A stretch of 64,000 bases of DNA, from positions 38-64,037 of the forward strand of contig JADBLN010000094.1 in assembly GCA_014894455.1 (NCBI GenBank). The letters run 5' to 3'. The DNA comes from Acidobacteriota bacterium. GTDB taxonomy: Bacteria > Acidobacteriota > Aminicenantia > Aminicenantales > Saccharicenantaceae. Under the pieces are notes generated by a model. The model saw only the letters and a list, made by a program, of their open reading frames with translations. It was not told where the DNA came from and did not search any database. The first letter of the stretch is position 1; every line of letters starts with the position of its first letter. A program made the position numbers and the translations under genes. Below are positions 18,907 to 28,800 of this stretch, one piece after another.

Positions 18907-21900
18907 TTGACCAGGAAAATTCTCGCCGCTCTCGTCCTCTCCGCGGCCGTTCTCGTCCTCTGCCTGCCGGCTTCCGCGGCCAGCCAGACCGGCTCCATCA
19001 AGGGCCGGGTCGTCGATAAGCAGGGTCAGCCCCTGTCGGGGGCTTACCTCTACGTGTCCTCCCCGACCATGCTCGGCATCGCGAATTTTATCACGTCGAA
19101 GACGGGACGCTACGGCGTCACCGGACTCACGCCGGGCCGCTTCAAGGTCCTCGTCGAGATGCCGGGGTTCAAGACGGTCACCGTCGAGAACATCGCCGTC
19201 AACGCCGGGGCGACGGCCACGCTCGATTTCAAGCTGGAGCCCTCCGAGATCGAAGATGAAGTCATCGGCGGGCGGCCGGGCTCGACCCTCGACCGGGAAT
19301 CCGCGCGCTGGGCCGTCGTCCTGGACAACGACCTCCTCAGCCGCCTGCCCCTGAAGCGTGATTTCACGGCCATCCTGGGGCTCGTCCCCGGGCTCGTTTT
19401 CGAAGGCGACACGCCCGGCACCCGGGCCTCCGTCAACGGCTTGCCGGTCACGACCAACGTCTTCGGCCAGGACGGCGTGAACGTGACCCACCCCGAGGAC
19501 CAACGGTCCATGAGCCGGATCAACGTCGATCTCATCGACCACGTCGTCGTCGAGACGGCCGGCCACACCGCCGAAGCGGGCCCCGCCCAGGGCGCTTACG
19601 TGAACGTCATCCACCGGCCGGGCGGACGTTCCTTCCAGGGCAGCCTGGCCTACACCAACGCGAGCAAGGGACTGGCCAAGTCGCTCTGGTCGGCCGGGGA
19701 GATCGCCGAGATGGGCGGAGCCGCCCCACCCTCTCTCCAGAGGGAACACGACTTTTCCCTGACCCTGGGCGGCCCCGTGCTCGAGGACATCTCCTGGCTC
19801 TTCGCCAACATCCGCTACCGGGCCCAAAGCCGCAAGGCTCCTTTCCGCTACTGGACCGACCCGCTCGGGGTCCGTCACTTCGTCTACGATCTCGCCGACC
19901 GGGACATGTCCAACCTGTTCAAACTCTCGATTGGCGTCATCGACAAGTTCAAGGGCATCTTGGAGTTCGGCTCTTCCGGCATCCGCCAACCCGTCTACGA
20001 GGAGGACGTCGACAGGCTCCGGCCCGAAGCGGCCACCCGCCGGCTCGACGGCGAGGGCGCCGTCCTCGGCCGGGGCGGGTTCTCCTATAACGTCGACCAG
20101 AGCACCCGGGTCGACCTGGGCATCGGTTACTCGAAATACAAGCAGCCCCTCCTCCTCAACGACACGGCCAGCGCCAAACCCCAGTACTACGACGTCATCA
20201 CCGGCTACAGCTGGGGAAGCGGCTCCATGAACGACCGCGAGGAAGCCAGCCGCATACGGGCCGACGTGACTTTCACCCGCCTTCTGGACAGGTTCCTGGG
20301 CATGCCCCATGAGCTCATCGCGGGGGGAGATTATGAGACCGTTTTTTCCACATCGTCCGTGTGGAAGGCGGACAACCTCATCTATAACTACACCTCCGGG
20401 AGCCCCTACACCTACGGCCGGACCGTTTCCCCGACCTCGGGCAACGATGTCGGCTGGGGACTCATCGGTTTTTGGATCGCCCCCGGGCAGGAAGGCGCGC
20501 TGTCGGTCCGGCGCGAGCTCAAGAGGCTGGGCTTCTTCGTCCAGGACACGATGCGGATCGGCGGCCGGCTGTCGCTTTCCGGCGGCATCCGGTTCGACCG
20601 TTCCGAGGCCCGGTTCCCGGGGGTCACCAAGGGCGCCAGCGGCAACTCGGTCGCCAGCACCCTGGGGAACTCGCTCATCGCCCCGCTGATGGGCTACAAC
20701 CTCTACGGCCAGCTCAGCCTCGGGGCGTGGGAAAAGGCCATCATCTGGAACTCGCTCTCGCCGCGGGTCGGGCTGAGCTTCGACGTCCTCGGGAACGGGA
20801 GGACGATCCTCAAGGGGTCCTACGCGAGGATCCCGGAGTATCTGGGACTCGGCTATTCCCGGGATTTGGCCCAGCTCGATCCCCTGGCCTCCCACGACTT
20901 CATCTGGTACGACGAGAACGGGAACGGCGCCGTCAACCCGTCCGACATGTTCGTCCTCTTGCCCTATGACTTCCGCGTCTACAGGACCGAGTTTTTCAGG
21001 AAGGCCGTCGACCCCGACCTCAAGGCCCCCGTAATCGAGGAATGGACCGCCGGGCTGGAGCAGGAGACCTTCCGCGATTTCACGCTCGCCGCCAGGTATA
21101 TCTCGAGACGTCAGACGAACATCATCGGACACGTCCTCTACGACCCCTCGACGGAAGCTCCCTGGTGGCGGGCCGAGGACGCGCCGGAAGGCTGGTGGGT
21201 CCCCTTCTCGACCGTCGTCCCGGGGACGGACGGCTATTCCGACGTCCCCGTGACTCTTCATCTCCGCTCGAAAACAGCGCCCAATTTCTTCGAGAGGATC
21301 GAGAACGTCCCCGAGCTCACGGCGAAGTACAGGAGCCTCGAGTTTTCCTTCCGCAAGAGGATGACCCACAACTGGCAGCTCTTCGGATCTTTCGCCTGGA
21401 ACCGGTCGACCGGGACGACCAGCGTGGCCTCCCGCTGGAGCGCCGGGAATTCCCCGGTCCTCCTGACGCCCAACGCGTTCATCAACATCGCCGCGACCGA
21501 CCGCATCCTCCAGGACCGGCCGCTCGTCGCCCGCCTCGCGGGGACCGTGCGCTTCCGCCGGGACATCTACCTCAGCTTCCTCTTCAAAGCCCAGAGCGGC
21601 TCGCCCTGGGCCAGGACCGTGACCATCATCCCGCCGGCCGGCTGGGCCGGGGAGAACGGGGCCGACACGACCCCGGTCACCGTCTACCTGGAAAACCCGG
21701 GCTCGAGGCGTTTCGGATCCTGGAAAAATCTGGACTTCCGGTTGGAAAAAGAATTCAAGAAGGCCGACCGGGCCCTGTTCTCGGCTTCGGTCGACGTTTT
21801 CAACGTGCTCGGGGACAAATACAGGACGCTCGACCTCAACGATGGCGGGACCTGGGCCCCTTCCGGCGAGGGCGCCGGCGCGGGCACGCGCGTTCTCAGC

Positions 21901-21972
21901 GGGACCTACGGAACCTATCTGCCGCTGTGGGGGACGCGGTCTATCCGGTTCAACCTCAGCCTAAAATTTTAA
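18907..21972 (+). CDS. TonB-dependent-receptor-like outer membrane protein with CarboxypepD_reg N-domain
   Basis: The ORF track starts at 18604. The TTG at 18907 lies 5 nt after AAGGAGG and gives the signal peptide LTRKILAALVLSAAVLVLCLPASAA. It has SIKGRVVDKQGQPLSGAYLYV (carboxypeptidase-regulatory-like fold) and a C-terminal beta-barrel signature ending RFNLSLKF. 1021 aa. Confidence 0.8.
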   Translation: MTRKILAALVLSAAVLVLCLPASAASQTGSIKGRVVDKQGQPLSGAYLYVSSPTMLGIANFITSKTGRYGVTGLTPGRFKVLVEMPGFKTVTVENIAVNAGATATLDFKLEPSEIEDEVIGGRPGSTLDRESARWAVVLDNDLLSRLPLKRDFTAILGLVPGLVFEGDTPGTRASVNGLPVTTNVFGQDGVNVTHPEDQRSMSRINVDLIDHVVVETAGHTAEAGPAQGAYVNVIHRPGGRSFQGSLAYTNASKGLAKSLWSAGEIAEMGGAAPPSLQREHDFSLTLGGPVLEDISWLFANIRYRAQSRKAPFRYWTDPLGVRHFVYDLADRDMSNLFKLSIGVIDKFKGILEFGSSGIRQPVYEEDVDRLRPEAATRRLDGEGAVLGRGGFSYNVDQSTRVDLGIGYSKYKQPLLLNDTASAKPQYYDVITGYSWGSGSMNDREEASRIRADVTFTRLLDRFLGMPHELIAGGDYETVFSTSSVWKADNLIYNYTSGSPYTYGRTVSPTSGNDVGWGLIGFWIAPGQEGALSVRRELKRLGFFVQDTMRIGGRLSLSGGIRFDRSEARFPGVTKGASGNSVASTLGNSLIAPLMGYNLYGQLSLGAWEKAIIWNSLSPRVGLSFDVLGNGRTILKGSYARIPEYLGLGYSRDLAQLDPLASHDFIWYDENGNGAVNPSDMFVLLPYDFRVYRTEFFRKAVDPDLKAPVIEEWTAGLEQETFRDFTLAARYISRRQTNIIGHVLYDPSTEAPWWRAEDAPEGWWVPFSTVVPGTDGYSDVPVTLHLRSKTAPNFFERIENVPELTAKYRSLEFSFRKRMTHNWQLFGSFAWNRSTGTTSVASRWSAGNSPVLLTPNAFINIAATDRILQDRPLVARLAGTVRFRRDIYLSFLFKAQSGSPWARTVTIIPPAGWAGENGADTTPVTVYLENPGSRRFGSWKNLDFRLEKEFKKADRALFSASVDVFNVLGDKYRTLDLNDGGTWAPSGEGAGAGTRVLSGTYGTYLPLWGTRSIRFNLSLKF

Positions 21973-22935
21973 CCGGAACTCCAACGCTTTCCGAAGCTCC
22001 TCCCCTTCGGTCGTGTTCTTGACCGAAACTTCGAGCCTGAGCTTCTGGTTTTTCAACCGGTCGACGTCCTTGTCGAGGAGGAGGGGGAATTCCATCCGGA
22101 ACCTCCGGCCCCTATTCTCCTTGAGTTCGCGCTCGTCGAGCGTCAGGGGAAAGCTGTCCTGGGCTTGCCAGATGGTGCGCCCGGACTCGTCCGACATCAC
22201 GGCCTTGATGATGAAGGCCGTTTCCAGGCGCTCTTCCTTGAACGTGAACCAGATCGTGGCGTAGGGGATGTCGATGGCGATCCTCCCCTCGTACAGGCCC
22301 TCCTCCGCCCGGATCTTCTGGATGGCCACCTCGTAGTCGAAGAATTTCTTCTCCTGCGCGAACGTCTTCTGAAAATAGCCCTGGGCCATGTTGAGCTCCT
22401 GGAGGTGCTCCAGGTTGATGGCCTTCATGACGAAAGGTCCGGCGAAGTCGGCGGCGATGAAGATAACGGGGAAAGCGCCGTAATACCAGACCTCGCGGCA
22501 GTAGCCGGTCGTGTCCATGGGGTAGGTCAGGCGCTCCGACGGCGGGCCGAAGAGGATGTAGATCCGGCCCCTGTCGGTCAGCCAGCCCGGACGTCCCTCG
22601 CCGCGGAAGAGCGATCCAGCCTTATCCAGCCGATCCTCGTACTCCACCTTATACTCGTTCCGTTCCGTATCGAGGTCCGGGTCGCGCCGTTTCCAGAACT
22701 CCTCGATGAAGGCGTCCTTCCCGGTATCCGGAAGCTCGAGGAAGATCTTCCGCTCCTCGCGGGTGATGATATAGCCGACCTTGGACAGGAAATCGGAGTG
22801 GGCCGGGGCGAGTTTTCTCTCGATGTTGTAGAGGCGGCAGGCGGAGACCGCGGCCAGGCCGAGAATCAACAGGGCCGGCCCGAGCACGCGGAAAACGCCC
22901 GCGACGGGGAGATTTTTATCGTTAACGGGTTTCAT
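21961..22935 (-). CDS. GWxTD domain-containing lipoprotein
   Basis: Contains GRPGWLTDRGRIYILFGPP (GWxTD motif). The ATG at 22935 gives the lipobox LGLAAVSAC. The 3' end overlaps the convergent OMP gene by 12 nt. Confidence 0.8.
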   Translation of the reverse strand: MKPVNDKNLPVAGVFRVLGPALLILGLAAVSACRLYNIERKLAPAHSDFLSKVGYIITREERKIFLELPDTGKDAFIEEFWKRRDPDLDTERNEYKVEYEDRLDKAGSLFRGEGRPGWLTDRGRIYILFGPPSERLTYPMDTTGYCREVWYYGAFPVIFIAADFAGPFVMKAINLEHLQELNMAQGYFQKTFAQEKKFFDYEVAIQKIRAEEGLYEGRIAIDIPYATIWFTFKEERLETAFIIKAVMSDESGRTIWQAQDSFPLTLDERELKENRGRRFRMEFPLLLDKDVDRLKNQKLRLEVSVKNTTEGEELRKALEFRLKF

Positions 22936-23040
22936 GGGATCGTTCGTCCTTTCGTTTCCTAAGGTAGTCCTCCGGAGGAATATTTTCAACCCCTTGACTC
23001 CCCGGTTTTAAGCCCGGGGCATGCCGGGGTTAATACTGAG

Positions 23041-23078
23041 CACCACCAACCCCGTTTTTTAAAACGGGGTTGGTGGTG
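23041..23078 (-). terminator. perfect 18-bp-arm hairpin, terminator-like
   Basis: CACCACCAACCCCGTTTT tt AAAACGGGGTTGGTGGTG lies 22 nt downstream of the radical SAM stop. There is no clear U-tract after the stem. Confidence 0.45.
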
Positions 23079-23100
23079 TCGAACATATCAAGCGCGGAGG

Positions 23101-24438
23101 TCAGGCGAGGGTGCGCTTGAAGGCGGCGAACTCCGGGGCGGGGATGTCGCTCTTGAGATAGGCGAAAGCGGTTTTGTTGTGGAGGAGGGGATCGGAATCC
23201 TCGGCCAGGACGCCCCCGCGGACGAGGGTCATCCACTCCGCGGTCCCCGGGATCGGCGAAAAGAAGGCGACCCGGGGCGTCGCGCGGAGACCCCGGACGA
23301 ACCGGACGCTCTCCGCGACGCCGGCCGCCTCCTGCCCGGGAAGGCCCATGATGAGGTAGACGCCGACGGCCCGTCTCTCGTAGCCCGCGCGCTCCAGTTC
23401 TTCCAAGGCGCGGGTCAGATCCTCCGCCGAGGCCTTCGGGCTCCGCTCCCGCATCAAGGCCTCGTCGGTCGACTCCAAGCTGAGATAGATGGACCGGACG
23501 CCCGCGGCACGGAGAAGCCGGGCCGTCGTCCCGTCGACCTCCCGAAGGTGAAGGCCGTTCGGCGCGTGGAACGACAGGGGGCGGGCCGCTGCGGAAAGCC
23601 CCTCGAGAAGGGGCCAAGCGTGCCCCTTTTTGCCCGAGAGGAGGGCGTCGTCGTAGAAGGCGAAATGCCGCGTCCCGAAGCGGGCGTGGCTATTCAGGAT
23701 TTCGGAGAGGACCGAGGCGACCGGCCTCTGAGAAAAGGCCGGGTTGAGAAGCGCGCTGGCGCAGAACGAACAGCGGAGAGGACAGCCCCACGAGGTCATG
23801 ACCGGGAGCCAGGTCTTGTCGCGGAGGAGGTCGAACGCGGGAAGGGGCAGAGCGCCCGGATCCGAAAGGTCCGGGGCGGAGGACGGGCCGGAGTCGAGCG
23901 CGGCCGCGAGCGCCGCGAAGAGCGCCGCCCCCGCGGGGCCGGGCACGACCAGGTCGGCCCCCGTCTCCGCCCGGGCGTGGTCGGGGCAGAGCGTTGCGTA
24001 GACCCCGCCGAGAACGACGGGCACGGCGCCGAAGCGGCGGCGGACGAGGTCCACGACGGCCTGGACGCCCGGATACCAATAGGTCATGGCCGAGGTCAGG
24101 AGGACGACGTCGGGTTTCGGCGTGCGGGCGAGTTCCTCTTCGAAAACGGCGACCGGGATCCCGTAGCGGGAAAACCGCCGGGGGACGCCCCGGAGGACGG
24201 CCGGTTTGGGCACTTCCTCCTTAGGGAACGGGCCTCGGCCGTCGGCCTTCATCGCCGGCGGCTTCTCGAGCCCTGGATGGGAGCGGTCGAGGCAGTCGAT
24301 GAAAGACACGGAGTGCGGGGTGAAGCGGCGGATGAGCGAGGCGACGTAGAGCAGCCCGAGCGGCTTCATCCAGAAATCGTAGGCGGTGAAGTCATAGATC
24401 CAAGGGTTGATGAGGAGGACGTTCTTGGAGGGCGCCAT
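23101..24438 (-). CDS. B12-binding domain-containing radical SAM protein
   Basis: 445 aa. The N-terminal Rossmann-like B12 domain begins VLLINPW. The radical SAM cluster motif CxxxCxxC appears as SWGCPLRCSFCAS. Confidence 0.85.
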   Translation of the reverse strand: MAPSKNVLLINPWIYDFTAYDFWMKPLGLLYVASLIRRFTPHSVSFIDCLDRSHPGLEKPPAMKADGRGPFPKEEVPKPAVLRGVPRRFSRYGIPVAVFEEELARTPKPDVVLLTSAMTYWYPGVQAVVDLVRRRFGAVPVVLGGVYATLCPDHARAETGADLVVPGPAGAALFAALAAALDSGPSSAPDLSDPGALPLPAFDLLRDKTWLPVMTSWGCPLRCSFCASALLNPAFSQRPVASVLSEILNSHARFGTRHFAFYDDALLSGKKGHAWPLLEGLSAAARPLSFHAPNGLHLREVDGTTARLLRAAGVRSIYLSLESTDEALMRERSPKASAEDLTRALEELERAGYERRAVGVYLIMGLPGQEAAGVAESVRFVRGLRATPRVAFFSPIPGTAEWMTLVRGGVLAEDSDPLLHNKTAFAYLKSDIPAPEFAAFKRTLA

Positions 24439-24467
24439 GCTGTTCGCGGCCGCCGGGAAACGGGAGA

Positions 24468-24554
24468 TGGTGCGGAAGGAGGGACTCGAACCCTCAAGGC
24501 CTTACGGCCATAAACTCCTGAGGCTTACGCGTCTGCCAATTCCGCCACTTCCGC
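24468..24554 (-). tRNA. tRNA-Leu (anticodon CAG)
   Basis: Folded by hand. Acceptor stem GCGGAAG/CTTCCGC, anticodon loop CTCAGGA, long variable arm (TGGCCGTAAGGCCTT), T-arm GAGGGTTCGAGTCCCTC, encoded CCA. 87 nt. Confidence 0.9.
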
Positions 24555-24569
24555 ACTCGGAGAGCCCTT

Positions 24570-24598
24570 ATTATAGCCGTTTTTCCGCCGCGGGTAAA
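24570..24598 (-). promoter_or_regulatory. tRNA-Leu promoter TTTACC-N17-TATAAT
   Basis: On the minus strand, TTTACC is at 24598-24593 and TATAAT at 24575-24570. The -10 box ends 15 nt upstream of the mature tRNA 5' end. Confidence 0.55.
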
Positions 24599-24621
24599 TA
24601 CCGCCGATGGCCGGCGGGCTA

Positions 24622-24650
24622 TTGACAAATAGTGTCTCGGACACTATTGT
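24622..24650 (+). promoter_or_regulatory. promoter TTGACA-N17-TATTGT with embedded 9-3-9 palindrome (putative operator)
   Basis: TTGACA at 24622-24627 and TATTGT at 24645-24650. The perfect inverted repeat AATAGTGTC-tcg-GACACTATT (24628-24648) fills the spacer and overlaps the -10 box. Confidence 0.5.
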
Positions 24651-24728
24651 GAAGACGTTGATGGAACCCCGCATCAATCGTTTCCCTCGCTTCCCTAAAA
24701 CCCGCGCGCAATCTCCTTAGGAGGATCC

Positions 24729-25874
24729 ATGAAATTCCAAGACCGCACTCAGATCGAGGCGCTCACCAAGTTCGACAGCCAGGGCGACTTCGTGACCTCG
24801 TTCTTCCTGGACACGGACAAGGGCCGGCTGAGCAGGAAAGAGATCCAGCTCGCCTTGAAGAACCTCCTCAGCGGCGCCAAGGCCCAGGTCGAGGCCATGG
24901 ACGCCGGCCGGGAGAAGATCGAGTCTCTCGAACGCGACCTCGCCCTCATCGGCGATCACTGCGCCCAGACGATCGCCGCCGGCAACGCCGACGGCCTGGC
25001 CGTTTTTTCGTGCAGCCGCGGGAAATTCTGGCAGGCCCTGGAGCTGCCCCACGGTCCCCGCAACAGGGTCATCATCGACGCCAACTTCTATGTCCGGCCG
25101 CTGGCCGCGATCCTGGACAAGTACAGCTCCATCTGCGTCCAGCTCATCAGCCGCCGGGAGGCCCGCTGGTACAGCGTCTCAATGGGAGAGATCAAGCTTC
25201 TGGACGAACTCCAAAGCGATGTCCCCAGCCGAGTCCGCGAGGGCGGTTTCGAGGGCAACGAGTCGAAGAAAATCGAGCGGCACCTCGACGCCTGGCTCCA
25301 GGACCACTTCAAGAAAACGGCCAAAAGAGCCTTCGACCTCAGCAGAAAGCACCCCTTCGAGTGGCTTTTCATCGGCTGCGAAGATAATCACGGCGCCGAT
25401 TTCGAGGCCCACCTCCACAGCTATCTCCGGGAAAAGATCAAGGCCCACATTAAGTCGCGCCTGAACGATTCTCCCGCCAAGGTCCTTCAGGAAGTCCTGG
25501 AGGTCGAGGCTCGGCTCAAGAAGGCCGGGGAGGAGGAGACTGTCCAAAAGCTCGTCGGCGAGCTCGAGCGCGGCGGCCTGGCGGCTTCGGGCCTTCGCGA
25601 CACCATCCACCGCCTGAACCAGTTCGAGATCCAATCCCTCGTCGTCACCCACAACTTCTCCAAGCCGGGGCGGATCTGCCCGACGCACAAGATCCTCTAC
25701 GTGGACGAGCTCCAGTGCCCCGTCTGCGACAAAAAGACGGACGTCGTCCAGGACATCGTCGACGAGGTCATCGAGACCGTCCTCAAGCGGAACGGGTCCG
25801 TCAAGCACATCGCGCCACCCTCGAAGCTCGACCACTACGGTCAAATCGGGGCGTTCCTCAAGTATAAAGCCTGA
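24729..25874 (+). CDS. bacterial eRF1/Pelota-like (baeRF-type) three-domain protein
   Basis: 381 aa with AGGAGG 5 nt before the ATG. The middle domain aligns by eye to eRF1 domain 2, with the GGQ loop replaced by VPSRVREGGFEGNES. The C-domain resembles eRF1/Pelota domain 3 (LVGELERGGLAASGLRDTIHRLNQFEIQSLVV) and carries a Zn-ribbon-like insert (CPTH...CPVC). Confidence 0.7.
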   Translation: MKFQDRTQIEALTKFDSQGDFVTSFFLDTDKGRLSRKEIQLALKNLLSGAKAQVEAMDAGREKIESLERDLALIGDHCAQTIAAGNADGLAVFSCSRGKFWQALELPHGPRNRVIIDANFYVRPLAAILDKYSSICVQLISRREARWYSVSMGEIKLLDELQSDVPSRVREGGFEGNESKKIERHLDAWLQDHFKKTAKRAFDLSRKHPFEWLFIGCEDNHGADFEAHLHSYLREKIKAHIKSRLNDSPAKVLQEVLEVEARLKKAGEEETVQKLVGELERGGLAASGLRDTIHRLNQFEIQSLVVTHNFSKPGRICPTHKILYVDELQCPVCDKKTDVVQDIVDEVIETVLKRNGSVKHIAPPSKLDHYGQIGAFLKYKA

Positions 25875-25897
25875 AGTCCCGGACTCGGATCCGCGCC

Positions 25898-28800
25898 CTA
25901 GGCGGCTGCGGTCTTCCTCTCCTTGAAGCGGATCTTGTTGACGACGCTGTAAAGGACCGGAATGACGAAGAGCGTCAGGAAGGTCGTCGTCGTCAGGCCG
26001 AAGGCGATGGCCACGCCCATCGGGGCCCGGAACTCGGATCCGGAGGACCGGGAGAAGGCCATGGGCAGGGTGCCCAGAATGGTCGTCAGGGCGGTCAGCA
26101 GGACGGCCCGCAAACGCGTCGTCGATCCCTGGAGGATGGCTTCCCGCTTGTCGACGCCCCGCTTGATGAGCTGGTTGATGTAGTCGATCATGACGATGCC
26201 GTTGTTGACGGCGATCCCCAGGAGCAGGATGACCCCAATCGCGACCGCCAGGTTGATCGACCGGCCGGTGACCAGGAGGCCGAGGATGACGCCGATGATG
26301 CCCAGGGGGACGGTGAACATGATGATGAACGGGTGGACGAAGTGTTCGAACTGGGAGGCCATGACCATGTAGACGAGGAGGACGGCCAGGGCGAAGGCGC
26401 CGGCCAGGATGAGGAAGGCGTCCTGCATCTGCTCGTAGGCGCCGCCGTACTCGAGGAAGTATCCCGGCGGCAGGCTCTTCTCGAAACCGGCCAGCCGGGC
26501 CTTGACGTCCTTGACGACGGTGCCAAGGTCCCGTCCGGAGATGTTGGCCGTGACGGAGACACGGCGGGCCTGGTTCTCGCGGTTGATCATGATCGGCCCT
26601 TCGCCGGTCGTGATGTCGGCCACCTGCTCGAGGTAGACGGTTTGGTTCGCCGACGTCCGGAGCGGGATGCTGCGGACCTCGTCGAGGCTGTCGCGGTATT
26701 GCTCCTTGAACCGGAGCCGGACGTCGATCTCGTCGCTTCCCTCGCGGTAGCGTGTGGCCACTTTGCCCAGGGTGGCCGTCTGGACCGTGTTGGCCACCTG
26801 ATAGACCGAAAGCCCCAGCCGGTAAGCCCTCTCCCGGTCGATGTGGATCTGGACCTCGGGCTTGCCGGCGGCCAGGGTGTGGGTGACGTCACGGATGCCC
26901 TCGATGCCCGATATCAGCTGGACGATCTGGTCGGCCTGGCTCTTGAGCGCGGGTAGGTCCTTGCCGAAGAGCTTGATCTCGACCGGGGTCGAGGAGCCGC
27001 CGAGGAGCATCTGGCTCATGTCGACGGACTCGAACTTGACGCCGCGAAGGTTGGGCAGTTGGCCCCGGATCTGTTCCAGTATCTCCTTGTCGGAGAATTT
27101 CCGCTTGTCGCGTTTGGCCAGGCCGACCCAGAGGAGTCCCTCGTGAGTGCCGGCATTCGAAAAGGTCGAAGCGGCGTCGCTCGCGTCCTGCTCGCTTTGA
27201 GAACCGACCTGGGCCGAGATCATCGTGATCTCAGGCTTCGCGGACATGATGGCCTCGACCATGCCCACGACCCGGTCGGTCTCCTCGAGGGCCGTGCCGA
27301 CGGGCATGCGGACCTTGAGCATGATCATGTCCTGGTCCTGGGCGGGCATGAATTCCGTCCCCAGGAAGGGCACGATCGCGAGCGAGGCGAGGAGCGCGAG
27401 GAGCGCCCCGCCGAGGACCCAGCGGCGGCGATGGAGGGCCTTATCGAGCCATTTTCTATAGAGCGCCTTGGCCCTGGCAAACTGCCGCTCCTCGGGGGCC
27501 TTGGCGATCGACTTCAGGCTCTTTTTCGAGCGGAAGAGAAGCGACGTGGACAGGGGGACGACCGTCAAGGCGACGAAAAGCGAGGCGATGAGCGAGAAGG
27601 TGATGGACAGGCCGAGGGCCTGGGTCATCTTGCCGGTGATGCCCGAGGCGAAGACCATGGGGAAGAAGACGGCGATCGTCGTCAGCGTCGAAGCGGTGAT
27701 GGCCATGCCGACTTCAGACGTGCCCTTGATCGAGGCCATGTCGGGCCCCTCCCCCTCCTCGAGGTGGCGGTAGACGTTCTCGATGACGACGATGGAGTTG
27801 TCGACGAGCATGCCGATGCCCAAGGCCAGGCCGCCGAGGGTCAGGAGGTTCAGGGTGTAGCCGGCAGCGTAGAGGGCGATGAAGGTGGTGATGATGGACA
27901 GCGGGATGGCCAGGCTGATGACGAACGTCGGCCGCCAGTTGCGGAGGAAGAGAAAGATAAGCAGAATGGCCAGAAGGCCGCCCTGCCAGGCGTTGGTCAC
28001 GGTGTTCGACGTGACCTGCTCGATCATGTCGGACTGGTCCATGACGACATGGAACACGGGGTTTCCGGGGAGCGTTCCTTTGAGGGAGGCGATCTCCTTC
28101 TTGACCGCGGCGCCGGCGATCTGGGTATTGGCCCCGGACCGTTTGCTGACGATGAGGTAGACGCCGTTCTGCTGCTGGATGCGGGAGACGTAGCGCATTT
28201 CCTTGAGCGTGTCCTTGACCTCGGCGATGTCGGAAACGTAGACGGGCTCCCCCTTGGCGCTCGCGCCGACGACCGTCCGGCGGATGTCGTCGAGGCCGGT
28301 GAATTCGCCCATCGTCCGGACGAGGATGTCCGAGTGGCGCGCGATGACGTTCCCGGCCGGCAGGTTGAGGTTCTCGGCGCGCAGCGCCATCAGGACCTGG
28401 TCGAGGGTCAGGCCCCGGCTTTCGAGCGAGGACTTGTCGACGTTGACCTGGATCTCCCGCACGTCCATGGAGAAGACACGGGCCGAGGCCACGCCGTCGA
28501 TCCGCTCGAGGCGGGAGGCGACCTCGTCCTCGATGATCGTCTTGAGCTTCATGGCCGGGATGTCGCCAGTGATGCCGTAGAAGATAACGGGGAACTGACT
28601 GAAGCTGAATTTGAGGACGATGGGGTCGTTGGCCTCCTCGGGCAGGTACTGCGCGGAGAGGCCGATCTGGTCGCGGACGTCCTGGGCGGCGAAGTCGAGG
28701 TTCGTCCCCCATTCGAACTCGATGCTGATGACCGAGACGCCCTCGGAGGTCTGGGATGTCACCTTCTTGACCCGGTTGACGGAGCTGACGACCTGTTCGA

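Noticed and set aside
21961-21972. 12-nt 3'-end overlap of the convergent OMP and GWxTD genes.
   Set aside because: Short convergent overlaps are common in compact genomes. No additional structure was seen.
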